From Betaproteobacteria bacterium (lineage in GTDB: Bacteria; Pseudomonadota; Gammaproteobacteria; Burkholderiales; JAEUOS01), in assembly GCA_028292405.1 (NCBI GenBank), contig JAQGMJ010000083.1, forward strand, positions 4,464 through 68,463: 64,000 bases of DNA, read 5' to 3'. The position numbers and the translations under genes were made by a program. Below are positions 26,301 through 38,267 of the stretch, piece after piece. Below the pieces are notes generated by a model. It was given only the letters and a program-made list of their open reading frames with translations. It had not been told where the DNA came from and did not search any database. Position 1 is the stretch's first letter, and every line of letters starts with the position of its first letter.

Positions 26301-26798
26301 TCAGAGCACTTCTGCTTTTTGGATGACCACATCTTCCACCGGCACGTCTTCATGCATGCCGCTGCGGCTGGTCTTCACGCCCTCGATCTTGTCGACCACT
26401 TCCTTGCCTTCGATCACCTTGCCGAACACGCAATAGCCCCAGCCGGCGCCGTTCGGGCTCTTGAAGTTGAGGAAGTCGTTGTCCTTGGCGTTGATGAAAA
26501 ACTGCGCCGAGGCCGAATGCGGGTCGCCGGTGCGCGCCATCGCCAGGGTGTACTTCTCGTTCTTCAGGCCGTTGGTCGCTTCGTTGTCGATCGGGTCGCG
26601 GGCCTTTTTCTGCTTCATGCCGGGCTCGAAGCCGCCGCCCTGGATCATGAAGCCGGGGATCACGCGGTGGAACACCGTGTTGTCGAAGTGGCCGTCGCGC
26701 GCGTACTGCACGAAGTTGGCGGCGGTCTTCGGCGCCTTGGCGTCGTCGAGCTCGATCTTGATGTTGCCGTGATTGGTGGTGAGCAATACCTGGGTCAT
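26301..26798 (-). CDS. ppiB: peptidyl-prolyl cis-trans isomerase B (cytoplasmic cyclophilin)
   Basis: [14 protein letters not shown] and [19 protein letters not shown] cyclophilin motifs. No signal peptide. Confidence 0.93.
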   Translation of the reverse strand: MTQVLLTTNHGNIKIELDDAKAPKTAANFVQYARDGHFDNTVFHRVIPGFMIQGGGFEPGMKQKKARDPIDNEATNGLKNEKYTLAMARTGDPHSASAQFFINAKDNDFLNFKSPNGAGWGYCVFGKVIEGKEVVDKIEGVKTSRSGMHEDVPVEDVVIQKAEVL

Positions 26799-26825
26799 GT
26801 TGTTTCTCCTTTCGCTGCTGCGGTT

Positions 26826-27503
26826 TCAGCCCTTTTTGGCGTCGAGCACGCGGATGCTCTCGATCACCACGGGCTTGTTCGGCACGTCGGACATGCCGCC
26901 CGCCGTGCCGGTCGGCACTTCCTTGATTTTTTCCACCACGTCCATGCCTTTGGTGACCTTGCCGAACACGGTGTAGCCCCACAACTGTCCGGCGTTGAGC
27001 AGTTGGGCGCGCGGCACGTTCTCGTAGGTGCGGCCGCCGTATTCGAACTTCGGCACCGGGTCGCCCGGCGGGATCAGCGTCGGGTCGAGAAAGCCGTTGT
27101 CCTTGACGTTGATAAAGAACTGCGCAGTGGCCGACTGCGGATCGCCCGTGCGCGCCATGGCAAGGGTGCCGACGACGTTCTTGCCGCCCTTGGCGAGCGA
27201 CTCGCGACCTTCATGCGCCACCGGCGGGCGGGTCGCCTTTTCCTTCATGTCCGGGGTGAAGCCGCCGCCCTGGATCATGAAGCTGGAAATCACGCGGTGA
27301 AAAATGGTGCCGTCGTAATGCTTGTCCTTCACATACTGCAGGAAGTTGGCGACGGTCTTGGGCGCCTTGTCGGCATACAGCTCGGCCGTGATGGTGCCCA
27401 TGTTGGTCTTGATCTCCACCGTCTGCGCCTGCGCGACTGCAGCGATCAGGAGGCCGGCGAGGAGGGTGCCGATGCGGCCGGCGATGCGAGTGCTGGTTTT
27501 CAT
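26826..27503 (-). CDS. ppiA: peptidyl-prolyl cis-trans isomerase A (periplasmic cyclophilin)
   Basis: Signal peptide followed by a cyclophilin core ([33 protein letters not shown]). Confidence 0.9.
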   Translation of the reverse strand: MKTSTRIAGRIGTLLAGLLIAAVAQAQTVEIKTNMGTITAELYADKAPKTVANFLQYVKDKHYDGTIFHRVISSFMIQGGGFTPDMKEKATRPPVAHEGRESLAKGGKNVVGTLAMARTGDPQSATAQFFINVKDNGFLDPTLIPPGDPVPKFEYGGRTYENVPRAQLLNAGQLWGYTVFGKVTKGMDVVEKIKEVPTGTAGGMSDVPNKPVVIESIRVLDAKKG

Positions 27504-27578
27504 GCGGGGTCCTGTATTGCGAAGCGCCGGCGCGAGCGCACCGGCGGGGTCAGAATCGGATCAATGCTTGCCGCGGAG

Positions 27579-28805
27579 TCAGGCCGCGCCTTCGTCGACG
27601 ATCTTCCAGGTGCCGCCGTCCTTGATCCAGTAAAGGCGCTTTTTCATCGCGTTGGAAAGGTTGCTCGACTGGTAGTCCTGCTGGAAGGTGACGACCACCA
27701 TCTCCTTCTTGGTGCCGGGGTAGCGGAACATGTCCATGTCACCCAGCTTGACCTTGATAAAGGTCTTGCCGGCGTTTACCTGGCGCTTGCGAACCGCCCA
27801 CTCCTTGAGCGACATGCCGTCGCCCTCGAAGTCGCGCGCGTAGTGGCTGAGATAAGCGTCGGTGTCCCGGCTTTCCCAGTCGCGGCGCCAGTCGTCTATC
27901 GCCTTGAGCAGGGACTGCCGCTCGGTGTTCCAGTCGTCCTGCGAGAGGAACTCGACGTTGTCGCTGATGATCACCGGCGTGCGGCCGGGGTCGATGCTCT
28001 TGCCCATCATCTCGAGGTCGGCGTTGGACAGCGCGACGCAGCCATCCGATGCGAGCGGCGCGCGCGCAAAAGTGTCCTGCGGCACGCCGTGCAGCCAGAT
28101 GCCGTGGCCGTTGCGGCCCTGGCGCTTGTCCCAGTCGTTCGGATAATTGATCGGGAAGGCGCCATTGCCGTAGATGTCGGCCAGCTTGGCCTTCGGCAGA
28201 TAGGAGGTGACGTAGTAGACGCCGATCGGCGTCTTCTGGTCGCCCTCGCGCACCTTGTCGATGCCGTTCTTGCCGTGGCTCATGTAGAAGTCGGCGACGA
28301 AGCGCGGGCGGCCGTTGTCGTTGGCATAGACGTACAGCCGCGACTTCTTGGTGTCGATCACCACCGCGTGCTTCTGGTCGGCGCGCATCTGCAGCAGGTA
28401 GCGCGGAATCTGGTCCACCGGCGGCTTTTCGCGATAGGCGCGCAGGCGCTGCAGCGCCTCGGCGCGCAGGTCGCTCACCTTGTCCGCCGGGGCGCCGGGC
28501 ATCGCGCCCATCTTGCTGATGGCCGCGCCGCGCGCCAGCAGCAGGTCGCCCTTGATCAGGTAGGCCAGGCGGTAGTTCGGACGGGCAACCAGCAGCGCGT
28601 TGACGCGGTTGTAGGCGTCTTCCAGCTTGTTGTCCTCGATCGCCTTGAAGATCCCGCCGAGCGCGGCTTCGACATCGCCCGAGGCGGTGTGCTCGATCAG
28701 GACCTGCGCCTGCGCGGGGACCGGCCCAAGTACGGCAAACAGCGGCACAGCCAGCGCCGCGGCCGCCAGGCGGCCACGCCACGAATTAAGCAAAACCTTG
28801 TTCAC
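27579..28805 (-). CDS. L,D-transpeptidase (YkuD) family protein with a C-terminal NTF2/SnoaL-like domain
   Basis: Signal peptide. YkuD catalytic motif HGIWLHGV...SDGCVAL. The C-terminal 110 aa resemble the C-terminus of the adjacent TPR protein. Confidence 0.85.
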   Translation of the reverse strand: MNKVLLNSWRGRLAAAALAVPLFAVLGPVPAQAQVLIEHTASGDVEAALGGIFKAIEDNKLEDAYNRVNALLVARPNYRLAYLIKGDLLLARGAAISKMGAMPGAPADKVSDLRAEALQRLRAYREKPPVDQIPRYLLQMRADQKHAVVIDTKKSRLYVYANDNGRPRFVADFYMSHGKNGIDKVREGDQKTPIGVYYVTSYLPKAKLADIYGNGAFPINYPNDWDKRQGRNGHGIWLHGVPQDTFARAPLASDGCVALSNADLEMMGKSIDPGRTPVIISDNVEFLSQDDWNTERQSLLKAIDDWRRDWESRDTDAYLSHYARDFEGDGMSLKEWAVRKRQVNAGKTFIKVKLGDMDMFRYPGTKKEMVVVTFQQDYQSSNLSNAMKKRLYWIKDGGTWKIVDEGAA

Positions 28806-28829
28806 ATGCGCCTCAATTTCCTTGGGCGA

Positions 28830-29897
28830 TCAGCCGCCGCTGCGCTCTTCGACGATCTGCCACTTGCCGCCGGCCTTGGTCAACACCAGCGTCTTGCTGC
28901 TGTTGGCCGAGGTGATGTTGGACTTGTAGTCCTGGCGGAACTTCGCCACCGCCGTATTGGCGTCGGTGAAGCTGACCTTCAGGCCGGAAACTTTCACGCT
29001 GATCGAGCTGGCGCCTTCGATGCGCTGCTTGCGGCTGGCGGCCCAGGCGCCGTGCGACTCACCCTTTTGCTTGAAGTCCTTGGTGTAGGCGCCGAGGTAG
29101 CCGTCCACGTCTTTCGAGGCCCAGGCATTGGCCCAGGCGTTGACGGCAGCGGCCACTTCGGCGTCGTCGCCCTTGGCGGCGGCTGGCGGGGTGGGCGTAG
29201 CGGCCGGCGGAGTCGGGGTGACGGCAGGCGGCCCGGCCTTGGCCGGCGGCGGGGTCACTGCGGCGGGCGGTGCGCCCTTGGCGGGTACGGGCGTGGCGGC
29301 GGCGGTCTGGGTGCCGACGACGCGGGCGCGGTTGCCGGTGCCGATCAGCTCCTTCAGCAGCGCCAGCTTGGTCTGCGCGGTGGAGTTGCTGGAGTCCAGC
29401 GACAGCGCCTTGTCATAGGCCTGGCTGGCCAGCTTGGCGTAGACGTCGCCCAGGTTCTCGTGCGCGGTGGCGTAGGAAGGGTGGGTGCGGATGGCCATTT
29501 CCAGCGCCTGGCGCGCCTTCTCATACTGGCCCTGGCCGGCGTACAACACGGCGAGGTTGTTGTAGGGCTCGGGCAACTCGGGGTAGTCGGTGGTCAGGCC
29601 GCTGAACATGGCGATGGCCTCGGCCGTCTTGTTCTGCTCGGTGAGGATCAGGCCCTTGAGAAAGCGCCCCTGGGCGTCTTTCGGCTTGCTCGCCAGGTAG
29701 GCGTCGACCCGGCTGGTGGCCTGGTCGTACTGCCCGGCCTTGAGCAGCTTGCCGATATCGGCGATTTCGTCAGCCCGGGCGCCGGCGGCGCCGAAGGCGA
29801 AAAGTGCGGCAAACAGCAGGCGCAGGGCGATTTTGCCTGCCGGATGCATGCCAGAAGAGGTTCCGGGGCCAGAGCCTGAGCCGAAGGAAAAAGTCAT
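28830..29897 (-). CDS. exported TPR-repeat protein with a Pro/Ala linker and a C-terminal NTF2/SnoaL-like domain
   Basis: Signal peptide, TPR-like repeats ([25 protein letters not shown]), a PA-rich linker, and the C-terminal domain [21 protein letters not shown]...GGKWQIV. Confidence 0.8.
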   Translation of the reverse strand: MTFSFGSGSGPGTSSGMHPAGKIALRLLFAALFAFGAAGARADEIADIGKLLKAGQYDQATSRVDAYLASKPKDAQGRFLKGLILTEQNKTAEAIAMFSGLTTDYPELPEPYNNLAVLYAGQGQYEKARQALEMAIRTHPSYATAHENLGDVYAKLASQAYDKALSLDSSNSTAQTKLALLKELIGTGNRARVVGTQTAAATPVPAKGAPPAAVTPPPAKAGPPAVTPTPPAATPTPPAAAKGDDAEVAAAVNAWANAWASKDVDGYLGAYTKDFKQKGESHGAWAASRKQRIEGASSISVKVSGLKVSFTDANTAVAKFRQDYKSNITSANSSKTLVLTKAGGKWQIVEERSGG

Positions 29898-30300
29898 CGT
29901 GATATACTCGTTTCGTAGAGCGGCGCGGGGCGGCCGATTTGGTTTTCCCAGGGACTTCCTGGAAGATCCGGGCCGTGTTAAGGCACAAATCCCATCAAGC
30001 CTGAAGCGCGCAACCCCTCGATTTTACCCAACTTCGGCGCGGCGCTCGCGTCTTCGTCCATGTTTTTTGCGCTTTTCACGACTTTGCCATTTTTTGGCCG
30101 GTTTGGCCGCTCTTGCCGGACGCCCGTCCGCGCACGATGTTAGCCGCGCGGGCTGCTGTCCGCGCCGTCCCCCCACCGCCGTTTTTGGCGCATTTTTCCT
30201 CCTGCCGGCCGCGCCGGCCACGCCTGATTCCCAAACCGTCGTTTTTGCGTTGTGCCCGAGTGCTGCGAGCCCCGGGTGGCGTTGCCTGAAAAAACCTTCC

Positions 30301-31689
30301 ATGCTGAAAATCCACAACACCCTGTCGCGGCAAAAAGAAGAATTCAAACCGATGGTGCCGGGCCGCGCCGGCATCTACGTCTGCGGCATGACGGTGTACG
30401 ACTTTTGCCACATCGGCCATGCCCGCGTGATGGTGGTGTTCGACAGCGTGCAGCGCTGGCTGCGCACCTCCGGCTACGCCGTCACCTACGTGCGCAACAT
30501 CACCGACATCGACGACAAGATCATCAGGCGCGCGGTGGAAAACGGTGAGACCATCTCGCAGCTCACCACCCGCTTCATCGCCGCGATGGATGAAGACGCG
30601 GCGGCGCTCGGCGTGCAAAAGCCCGACCACGAGCCGCGCGCCACGCAGTACGTGCCGCAGATGCTCGGCCTGATCGGCAAGCTGGAACAGAAGGGCCTGG
30701 CCTACAAGACCACCGATGCCGACGTCAACTACTCGGTGCGCGACTTTCCCGGCTACGGCAAGCTCTCCGGCAAGACGCTGGACGACCTGCGCGCCGGCGA
30801 GCGGGTGGAAGTGAACTCCACCAAGCGCGACCCGCTGGACTTCGTGCTGTGGAAGCACACCAAGGAAGGCGAGCCGGCCGACACCCGCTGGGCCTCGCCC
30901 TGGGGCGAAGGCCGCCCCGGCTGGCACATCGAGTGCTCGGCGATGAGCGAGGCGATACTCGGCGAACAATTCGACATCCACGGCGGCGGCGCCGACCTGC
31001 AGTTCCCGCATCACGAAAACGAGATCGCGCAAAGCGAAGGGGCCTCCGGCCACACCTTCGCCAACCTGTGGATGCACAACGGCTTCGTGCGCGTCGACGA
31101 CGAAAAAATGTCCAAGTCCCTGGGCAACTTTTTCACCATCCGCGAAGTGCTGAAAAAATTCGACGCCGAGGTGGTGCGCTTTTTTATCCTGCGCGCGCAC
31201 TACCGCAGCCCCCTCAATTATTCCGACACCCATCTCGAAGACGCCCGCCATTCCTTGACCCGGCTGTATACGGCGCTCAAGGGGGCGCCGGATGCAAAGG
31301 CGCAAGTCGATTGGGAAGAGACGCATGCCGTGCGTTTCAAGGCGGCGATGGACGATGACTTTGCCACCCCGGAGGCCATCGCTATCCTGTTCGAACTCGC
31401 CGGCGAGGTGAATCGCACGCAGGATGCGAAACTGGCGGCGCAACTCAAGGCACTGGGTGCGGTGCTGGGCCTGTTGCAGCGCGACCCGCAGGTGTTTTTG
31501 CAGGCGGGACAGCCGGACGCGGCCGGTGGCCTGACCCCGGAAAAGATTCAATCGCTGATTGACGAGCGCGCAGCCTCCAAGAAGGCCAAGGACTTCAAGC
31601 GCGCCGACGAAATCCGCAAGCAGCTCACCGAGTCGGGCATCGTTCTGGAAGACAAGCCGGGCGGCGCGACGGAGTGGCGCCGGGCCTGA
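30301..31689 (+). CDS. cysS: cysteine--tRNA ligase
   Basis: [19 protein letters not shown] motif (CHIGHAR) and KMSKS motif present. ATG at 30301 is chosen inside ORF 29716..31689. Confidence 0.96.
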   Translation: MLKIHNTLSRQKEEFKPMVPGRAGIYVCGMTVYDFCHIGHARVMVVFDSVQRWLRTSGYAVTYVRNITDIDDKIIRRAVENGETISQLTTRFIAAMDEDAAALGVQKPDHEPRATQYVPQMLGLIGKLEQKGLAYKTTDADVNYSVRDFPGYGKLSGKTLDDLRAGERVEVNSTKRDPLDFVLWKHTKEGEPADTRWASPWGEGRPGWHIECSAMSEAILGEQFDIHGGGADLQFPHHENEIAQSEGASGHTFANLWMHNGFVRVDDEKMSKSLGNFFTIREVLKKFDAEVVRFFILRAHYRSPLNYSDTHLEDARHSLTRLYTALKGAPDAKAQVDWEETHAVRFKAAMDDDFATPEAIAILFELAGEVNRTQDAKLAAQLKALGAVLGLLQRDPQVFLQAGQPDAAGGLTPEKIQSLIDERAASKKAKDFKRADEIRKQLTESGIVLEDKPGGATEWRRA

Positions 31690-31771
31690 AAAGCCGCTGC
31701 CGGGCCCCCCTGGGGTCATGCTGCGGCGCAGCGCGATAGGCGCAGGCGCGCCGCAGTCCGCTCCTCCGGCT

Positions 31772-31800
31772 TTGACGAAACGCCAAAAAGTCTTTATCAT
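31772..31800 (+). promoter_or_regulatory. candidate sigma-70 promoter of the ilvIHC operon (TTGACG-N17-TATCAT)
   Basis: Motif read directly. It would leave a leader of about 210 nt before ilvI. Confidence 0.35.
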
Positions 31801-32014
31801 TCAACCAGTTTTAGGCTCACAAGGCCGCGAAACGCCCGTCTCGGCACCTTACCTGGGAATGTGCTGCTGCGGATCGCACCGGGATCGAAGCAAATAAGTT
31901 TCGAACACCCGTCCTCTTTTGCTTCACCAGAGCGAACGTCTGCGTATACGTGCCTTGAGTTTTAAGACTCGGCATGTGACTGCTTTCCCTTTTTTCAGCT
32001 CTTGTGAGGTCAGC

Positions 32015-33772
32015 ATGACAGCAACTACAGCCACAGACGCGGGCCGCGGCGAAGCCGCCGGCCCTGAATTGATGGGCGCCGAGATTCTCGTGCGCTGCCT
32101 GCAGGAAGAGGGTGTCGAACACCTGTTCGGCTACCCGGGCGGCGCCGTACTCTATTTGTACGACGCCTTGTTCCAGCAGGACCGCGTCAAGCACATCCTG
32201 GTGCGCCATGAGCAGGGCGCGGTGCACGCCGCCGACGCTTATGCGCGTTGCTCCGACAAGGTCGGGGTGTGCATGGTCACCTCCGGCCCCGGCGTGACCA
32301 ATGCCGTCACCGGCATCGCCACGGCGTACATGGATTCGATCCCGATGGTGATCATCACCGGCCAGGTGCCGACCCATGCCATCGGCCTGGACGCCTTCCA
32401 GGAATGCGACACCGTCGGTATCACCCGGCCTATCGTCAAGCACAACTTCCTGGTGAAGGATGTGCGCGACCTCGCCGCCACGGTCAAGAAGGCCTTTTTC
32501 ATCGCCAAGACCGGCCGCCCCGGCCCGGTGCTGGTGGACATCCCCAAGGATGTGAGCTTCCACAAGACCCCCTTCGTCTATCCGAAGGAAATCGAGATGC
32601 GCTCCTACAACCCGGTGGTCAAGGGCCATGCGGGGCAGATCAAGAAGGCGGTGCAAATGATCCTCGGCGCCAAGCGCCCGATGATCTACACCGGCGGCGG
32701 CGTGATTTTGGCCGATGCGTCGAAAGAGCTGAACAAGCTGGTGGACATGCTGGGCTACCCCTGCACCAATACCCTGATGGGCCTGGGCGCCTACAAGGCC
32801 AGCAGCAAGCTGTTCGTCGGCATGCCCGGGATGCACGGCACCTACGAAGCCAACCTGGCGATGCAGAACTGCGACGTGCTGGTGGCCATCGGCGCGCGCT
32901 TCGACGACCGCGTGATCGGCAACCCGGCCGACTTCGCCAAGATCGAGCGCCAGATCATCCACATCGACATCGATCCGTCCTCGATCTCCAAGCGGGTCAA
33001 GGTCGACGTGCCCATCGTCGGCGACGTCAAGGATGTGCTGCATGAAGTGCTGCGGCAACTCGAGGCTGGCACGGCGAAGCCGGACGCCAAGGCGCTGGCG
33101 GACTGGTGGAAGCAGATCGAGGAATGGCGCAGCCGCGATTGCCTGAAGTACGACCGCAAGAGCGAAAAGATCAAGCCGCAATTCGTCGTTGAAAAGTTGT
33201 GGGAGTTGACCAAGGGCGACGCCTTCATCACCTCCGACGTCGGCCAGCACCAGATGTGGGCCGCGCAGTTCTACCGCTTCGACAAGCCGCGCCGCTGGAT
33301 CAACTCCGGCGGCCTGGGCACCATGGGCGTCGGCCTGCCGTACGCCATGGGCGTGCAGATGGCGCACCCGGAGGCGACGGTCGCCTGCATCACCGGCGAA
33401 GCGTCGATCCAGATGTGCATCCAGGAACTGTCCACCGTCAAACAGTACCGCCTGCCGGTGAAGGTGCTGAACCTGAACAACGGCTACCTCGGCATGGTGC
33501 GGCAGTGGCAGCAGATCGAATACGGCAGCCGCTATTCCGAGAGCTACATGGACGCGCTGCCCGACTTCGTCAAGCTCGCCGAGTCCTACGGCCACGTCGG
33601 CATGCAGATCACCAAGCCGGCCGACGTCGAAGGCGCGATCAAGGAAGCCCTCAAGCTGAAGGACCGTTGCGTGTTCATGGACTTCCTCACCGACCCGAAG
33701 GAAAACGTCTGGCCGATGGTGCAGGCGGGCAAAGGCTTGACCCACATGCTGCTCGGCTCGGAGGAACTGTGA
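32015..33772 (+). CDS. ilvI: acetolactate synthase (acetohydroxy-acid synthase) large subunit
   Basis: ThDP enzyme with GAEILVRCLQEEGVEHLFGYPGG at the N-terminus and the GLGTMGVGLPYAMG ThDP-binding motif. GAGG lies before the ATG at 32015. Confidence 0.95.
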   Translation: MTATTATDAGRGEAAGPELMGAEILVRCLQEEGVEHLFGYPGGAVLYLYDALFQQDRVKHILVRHEQGAVHAADAYARCSDKVGVCMVTSGPGVTNAVTGIATAYMDSIPMVIITGQVPTHAIGLDAFQECDTVGITRPIVKHNFLVKDVRDLAATVKKAFFIAKTGRPGPVLVDIPKDVSFHKTPFVYPKEIEMRSYNPVVKGHAGQIKKAVQMILGAKRPMIYTGGGVILADASKELNKLVDMLGYPCTNTLMGLGAYKASSKLFVGMPGMHGTYEANLAMQNCDVLVAIGARFDDRVIGNPADFAKIERQIIHIDIDPSSISKRVKVDVPIVGDVKDVLHEVLRQLEAGTAKPDAKALADWWKQIEEWRSRDCLKYDRKSEKIKPQFVVEKLWELTKGDAFITSDVGQHQMWAAQFYRFDKPRRWINSGGLGTMGVGLPYAMGVQMAHPEATVACITGEASIQMCIQELSTVKQYRLPVKVLNLNNGYLGMVRQWQQIEYGSRYSESYMDALPDFVKLAESYGHVGMQITKPADVEGAIKEALKLKDRCVFMDFLTDPKENVWPMVQAGKGLTHMLLGSEEL

Positions 33773-34266
33773 TGAAGCGCCATATCATTTCGATTCTTCT
33801 GGAGAACGAAGCCGGTGCGCTCTCCCGCGTGGCAGGCTTGTTTTCGGCGCGCGGCTACAACATCGAGACCCTCACCGTGGCGCCGACCGAAGACCCGTCG
33901 CTGTCGCGCATGACCATCGTCTCCACCGGTTCCGACGACGTGATTGAGCAGATCACCAAGCACTTGAACCGCCTGATCGATGTGGTCAAGGTGGTTGATT
34001 TGTCCGAAGGCGCCCACATCGAGCGCGAACTGATGCTGGTGAAGGTGCGCGCCACCGGCAAGGAGCGCGAGGAGATGAAGCGCATGGCGGAGATTTTCCG
34101 CGGGCGCATCATCGACGTGACGGACAAGACCTACACCATCGAGCTCACCGGTGATGTCGCCAAGCTGGACGCATTCATCGAGGCGATCGACCGCGCGCTG
34201 ATTCTGGAAACCGTCCGTACCGGCGCCTCCGGCATCGGCCGTGGCGAACGGGTCCTGAAAGTCTAG
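33772..34266 (+). CDS. ilvH: acetolactate synthase small (regulatory) subunit
   Basis: ACT domain start MKRHIISILLENEAGALSRVAGLFSARGYNIE. ATGA overlap with ilvI. Confidence 0.95.
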   Translation: MKRHIISILLENEAGALSRVAGLFSARGYNIETLTVAPTEDPSLSRMTIVSTGSDDVIEQITKHLNRLIDVVKVVDLSEGAHIERELMLVKVRATGKEREEMKRMAEIFRGRIIDVTDKTYTIELTGDVAKLDAFIEAIDRALILETVRTGASGIGRGERVLKV

Positions 34267-34342
34267 TTCGCAAAAACGAATCATCGGCGTTGCGCGATAA
34301 TTGCAGGTTGCGCGCACCGCCCGAACAATATCTACAACCTGA

Positions 34343-35535
<1,193 letters not shown>

Positions 35536-35590
35536 AAGCTAGCTACGAGCCTTTCCAGTCCGAAGGGACGCGGAAGGTTTAACAGCTAGA

Positions 35591-35620
35591 ATAGGGCACC
35601 GTCGCGTGCCCTATTTTTTT
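35591..35620 (+). terminator. rho-independent terminator of ilvIHC
   Basis: atagggcac-cgtcgc-gtgccctat followed by T7. Confidence 0.85.
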
Positions 35621-35630
35621 GGAGCAAAAA

Positions 35631-35825
35631 ATGAAAACCAAACTCGTCCTGGGTTGTCTCACCTTGGCGCTCCTGGCCGCTTGTGGCAACAAAACCCCTG
35701 AGTCCCAGGCCGCCAAGGATGTCGGCAATATCCCCAAGCAGACTCTCGACAAAGCCACCAACGACACCAATGCCGCGCTGCAAAAAGGCATGGAGCGCGA
35801 CAAGAAAGCAGACGAAAAGCAATGA
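35631..35825 (+). CDS. small lipoprotein
   Basis: [20 protein letters not shown] carries a lipobox (LAAC). GGAG ribosome-binding site. ATGA overlap with psd. Confidence 0.7.
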   Translation: MKTKLVLGCLTLALLAACGNKTPESQAAKDVGNIPKQTLDKATNDTNAALQKGMERDKKADEKQ

Positions 35826-36469
35826 GTAACCCGGTCTACCCGCACCCCGTCATCGCCCGCGAAGGCTGGCCTTTTCTCGCCGGCGCCGTGGTGGTAGCGC
35901 TGCTGGTGACGTGGTTCAGCGTCCCGGCGTCGATTTTCTTCTGGCTCATCGCCATTTTCATCCTGCAGTTTTTCCGCGACCCGGCGCGCCTGGTGCCGCA
36001 GGGTGAGAAGGATGTGCTGTCGCCCGCCGACGGCCGCATCGTGGTGATCGAGAATGTCGAAGACCCGTACCTGAAGCGCCCGAGCCTGAAGATCAGCGTG
36101 TTCATGAACGTCTTCAACGTGCATTCGAATCGCAGCCCGGTGGATGCTTCCATCGTCAACGCCTGGTACAACCCGGGCAGCTTCGTCAACGCCGACCTCG
36201 ACAAGGCCTCCACCGAAAACGAGCGCAATGCGTTGCACCTGCGCACCGCCGCGGGCGCGGAGATCACCTGCGTGCAGGTGGCGGGGCTGATCGCGCGGCG
36301 CATCCTCTGTTACGTGAAGCCGGGCGAGTCGCTGGCGCGCGGCCAGCGCTACGGCTTTATCCGCTTCGGCTCGCGGGTCGACGTCTACCTGCCGCCGGCC
36401 ACCACCGTCAAGGTCGCCATCGGCGACAAGGTTTCCGCCTCCAGCACCGTGCTGGCCGAATTGCCTTGA
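35822..36469 (+). CDS. psd: phosphatidylserine decarboxylase proenzyme (short, archaetidylserine-decarboxylase-like type)
   Basis: N-terminal membrane segment, a conserved core and an FGSRVDVY self-cleavage motif. Paired with pssA. Confidence 0.9.
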   Translation: MSNPVYPHPVIAREGWPFLAGAVVVALLVTWFSVPASIFFWLIAIFILQFFRDPARLVPQGEKDVLSPADGRIVVIENVEDPYLKRPSLKISVFMNVFNVHSNRSPVDASIVNAWYNPGSFVNADLDKASTENERNALHLRTAAGAEITCVQVAGLIARRILCYVKPGESLARGQRYGFIRFGSRVDVYLPPATTVKVAIGDKVSASSTVLAELP

Positions 36470-36537
36470 GAGGCAAAAATTGGATGCGCGGGCGCCCGCG
36501 CGCATTGCCATTAGAATAGGCCCATGAGAACCAGCCC

Positions 36538-37380
36538 ATGAGCGAATTCCGCCCCCGCAACAATACCCGCGCCAGCCTGCGCCGCCGCGGCGTTTACCTG
36601 CTGCCCAACGCTTTCACCACCGCGGCGCTGTTCGGCGGCTTTTACGCCATCGTGCAGGCGATGAACGGCGAATACGTGCGCGGCTGCATGGCGATTTTCA
36701 TCGCCATGGTGCTCGATAGCCTGGACGGCCGCGTCGCTCGCATGACCCACACCCAAAGCGACTTCGGCGCGGAGTACGACAGCCTCTCCGACATGGTTTC
36801 CTTCGGCGCCGCCCCGGCGCTGATCATGTACGAGTGGACCCTGCGCGACCTCGGACAGTGGGGCTGGTTCGCTGCCTTCGTCTATTGCGCCGGCGCGGCG
36901 CTGCGCCTGGCGCGCTTCAATACGAACATCGAAGTGGTCGACAAGCGCTACTTCCAGGGCATGCCCAGCCCGGCGGCGGCGGCCATGATGGTCGGCTTCA
37001 TCTGGCTCTCGGTGGAAAACCGCCTGCCGCTGGAACACCTGAACGCGATGACGGCCGCCTGGCTGCCCGACGGCGTCACCCTGATCGCCGTGCTCGGCTG
37101 GCTGATCTCGGTCTACGCCGGCACCACCATGGTCTCCAACGTGCCCTTCTACAGCTTCAAGGACCTGGGGCGCTACAAGCGCGTGCCGGTAGCGGTGATC
37201 TTCCTGCTCGGCATCGGCATGTTCGTGATCCAGGCCTATCCGCCGCTGGTGCTGTTCTCGCTGTTCGTGATCTACGGCGCCTCCGGCTACGTGGTCTGGT
37301 TGTGGAACATGAAGTCCGGCAAGCGTTCCTCCGACATGCTGAAAAAGGCGCCCGCCCCGGAAGAGGACGCCGAGCCGTGA
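36538..37380 (+). CDS. pssA: CDP-diacylglycerol--serine O-phosphatidyltransferase
   Basis: CDP-alcohol phosphatidyltransferase motif DSLDGRVAR...GAEYDSLSDMV. Multi-TM protein. Confidence 0.9.
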   Translation: MSEFRPRNNTRASLRRRGVYLLPNAFTTAALFGGFYAIVQAMNGEYVRGCMAIFIAMVLDSLDGRVARMTHTQSDFGAEYDSLSDMVSFGAAPALIMYEWTLRDLGQWGWFAAFVYCAGAALRLARFNTNIEVVDKRYFQGMPSPAAAAMMVGFIWLSVENRLPLEHLNAMTAAWLPDGVTLIAVLGWLISVYAGTTMVSNVPFYSFKDLGRYKRVPVAVIFLLGIGMFVIQAYPPLVLFSLFVIYGASGYVVWLWNMKSGKRSSDMLKKAPAPEEDAEP

Positions 37381-38261
37381 TGCGCCGGCCGCCGCCGCAG
37401 CGGCGCACCTGGCTGTTCGGCGCCGGCGCCGACCGTGATGTGCACGACGCCATGACCGCCAGCGGCGCCGACGTGCTGATCCACGACCTCGAAGACTTCA
37501 CCCCGCCGGCGCGGCGCATCGAAGCGCGCTCGCTCGCCGCCGACCTGTACATCGCCTGGCACGCCGCCGGCGCCGAAGTGGTGGTGCGCATCAATAGCCT
37601 GGACACCGAGGGCCTGACGGATCTGGACGCCGTCATGCCCGCCCAGCCTGACTGCATCGTCTACCCCAAGGCCGCCAGCGCCCACGATATCCGCGCCCTG
37701 CACGCCGAGATCGGCAAGCGCGAAGCGAGCTGCGGCTACACGCCGGGCAGCGTCGAGATTTTGCCGGTCTGCGAAACCGCTGCGGGCGTGGTCAACCTGC
37801 GCGAAATCGCCGCTGCCAGCCCGCGCGTGCGCTGCGCCCTGTTGGGGGCCGAAGACCTTGCCGCAGACCTCTGCGCCGAGCGTGGCGCCGATGGCGTTGA
37901 ACTCGATTACGCCCGCCGCCGCTTCGTGCTTGAGTGCCGCGCCGCCCACATCGAGCCGGTCGATGCGCCCTACACCTATGCCGACGTTGAAGGCGCGGTG
38001 CGTGAAGCCACTTTCGCGCGCCGCCTCGGCTACCGCTGCAAAAGCCTGGTGCGGGCGGACCACGCCGCCGCGCTCAACGCCGTCTATACGCCCAGCCTCG
38101 ACGAGTGCACCCGCGCGCTGCAACTGATCGCCGCTTTCGAAGCCGGCCGGGCGCGTGGCGAAGACCGCGTGCTGTTCGAAGGTCAGTGGACCGAAGTGCC
38201 GACCTACCTCAACGCCGTGCGCATGCTCGACCGCGCGCGGGCCTTCGGCCTGATCAAGTAA
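37380..38261 (+). CDS. HpcH/HpaI aldolase / citrate lyase beta-subunit (CitE)-like protein
   Basis: DLEDFTPP...VRINS...ETAAGV...GAEDLAADL pattern of the CitE/malyl-CoA lyase family. Its ATG overlaps the pssA stop. Confidence 0.83.
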   Translation: MRRPPPQRRTWLFGAGADRDVHDAMTASGADVLIHDLEDFTPPARRIEARSLAADLYIAWHAAGAEVVVRINSLDTEGLTDLDAVMPAQPDCIVYPKAASAHDIRALHAEIGKREASCGYTPGSVEILPVCETAAGVVNLREIAAASPRVRCALLGAEDLAADLCAERGADGVELDYARRRFVLECRAAHIEPVDAPYTYADVEGAVREATFARRLGYRCKSLVRADHAAALNAVYTPSLDECTRALQLIAAFEAGRARGEDRVLFEGQWTEVPTYLNAVRMLDRARAFGLIK

Positions 38262-38267
38262 TCCCGC

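Noticed and set aside
24996-29879. A 1627-aa plus-strand ORF spanning 4.9 kb.
   Set aside because: It runs antisense across six well-supported minus-strand genes (the hbd-like gene, lpxH, ppiB, ppiA, the L,D-transpeptidase and the TPR protein) and their spacers. Its translation is Arg/Ala/Gly/Val-rich low-complexity sequence with no recognisable domain. This is the typical stop-codon-poor antisense frame of high-GC DNA.
29898-30300. The 400-bp divergent spacer before cysS with three GTTTTT(G)GCG strings and a 27-codon hydrophobic mini-ORF.
   Set aside because: The repeats are too short and irregular (about 120 and 60 nt apart) to distinguish from chance. The mini-ORF has no RBS.
31860-31900. 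A short ORF, MCCCGSHRDRSK, in the ilvI leader as a possible attenuation leader peptide.
   Set aside because: It has no run of Ile/Leu/Val codons, and no convincing terminator/antiterminator pair could be drawn downstream.
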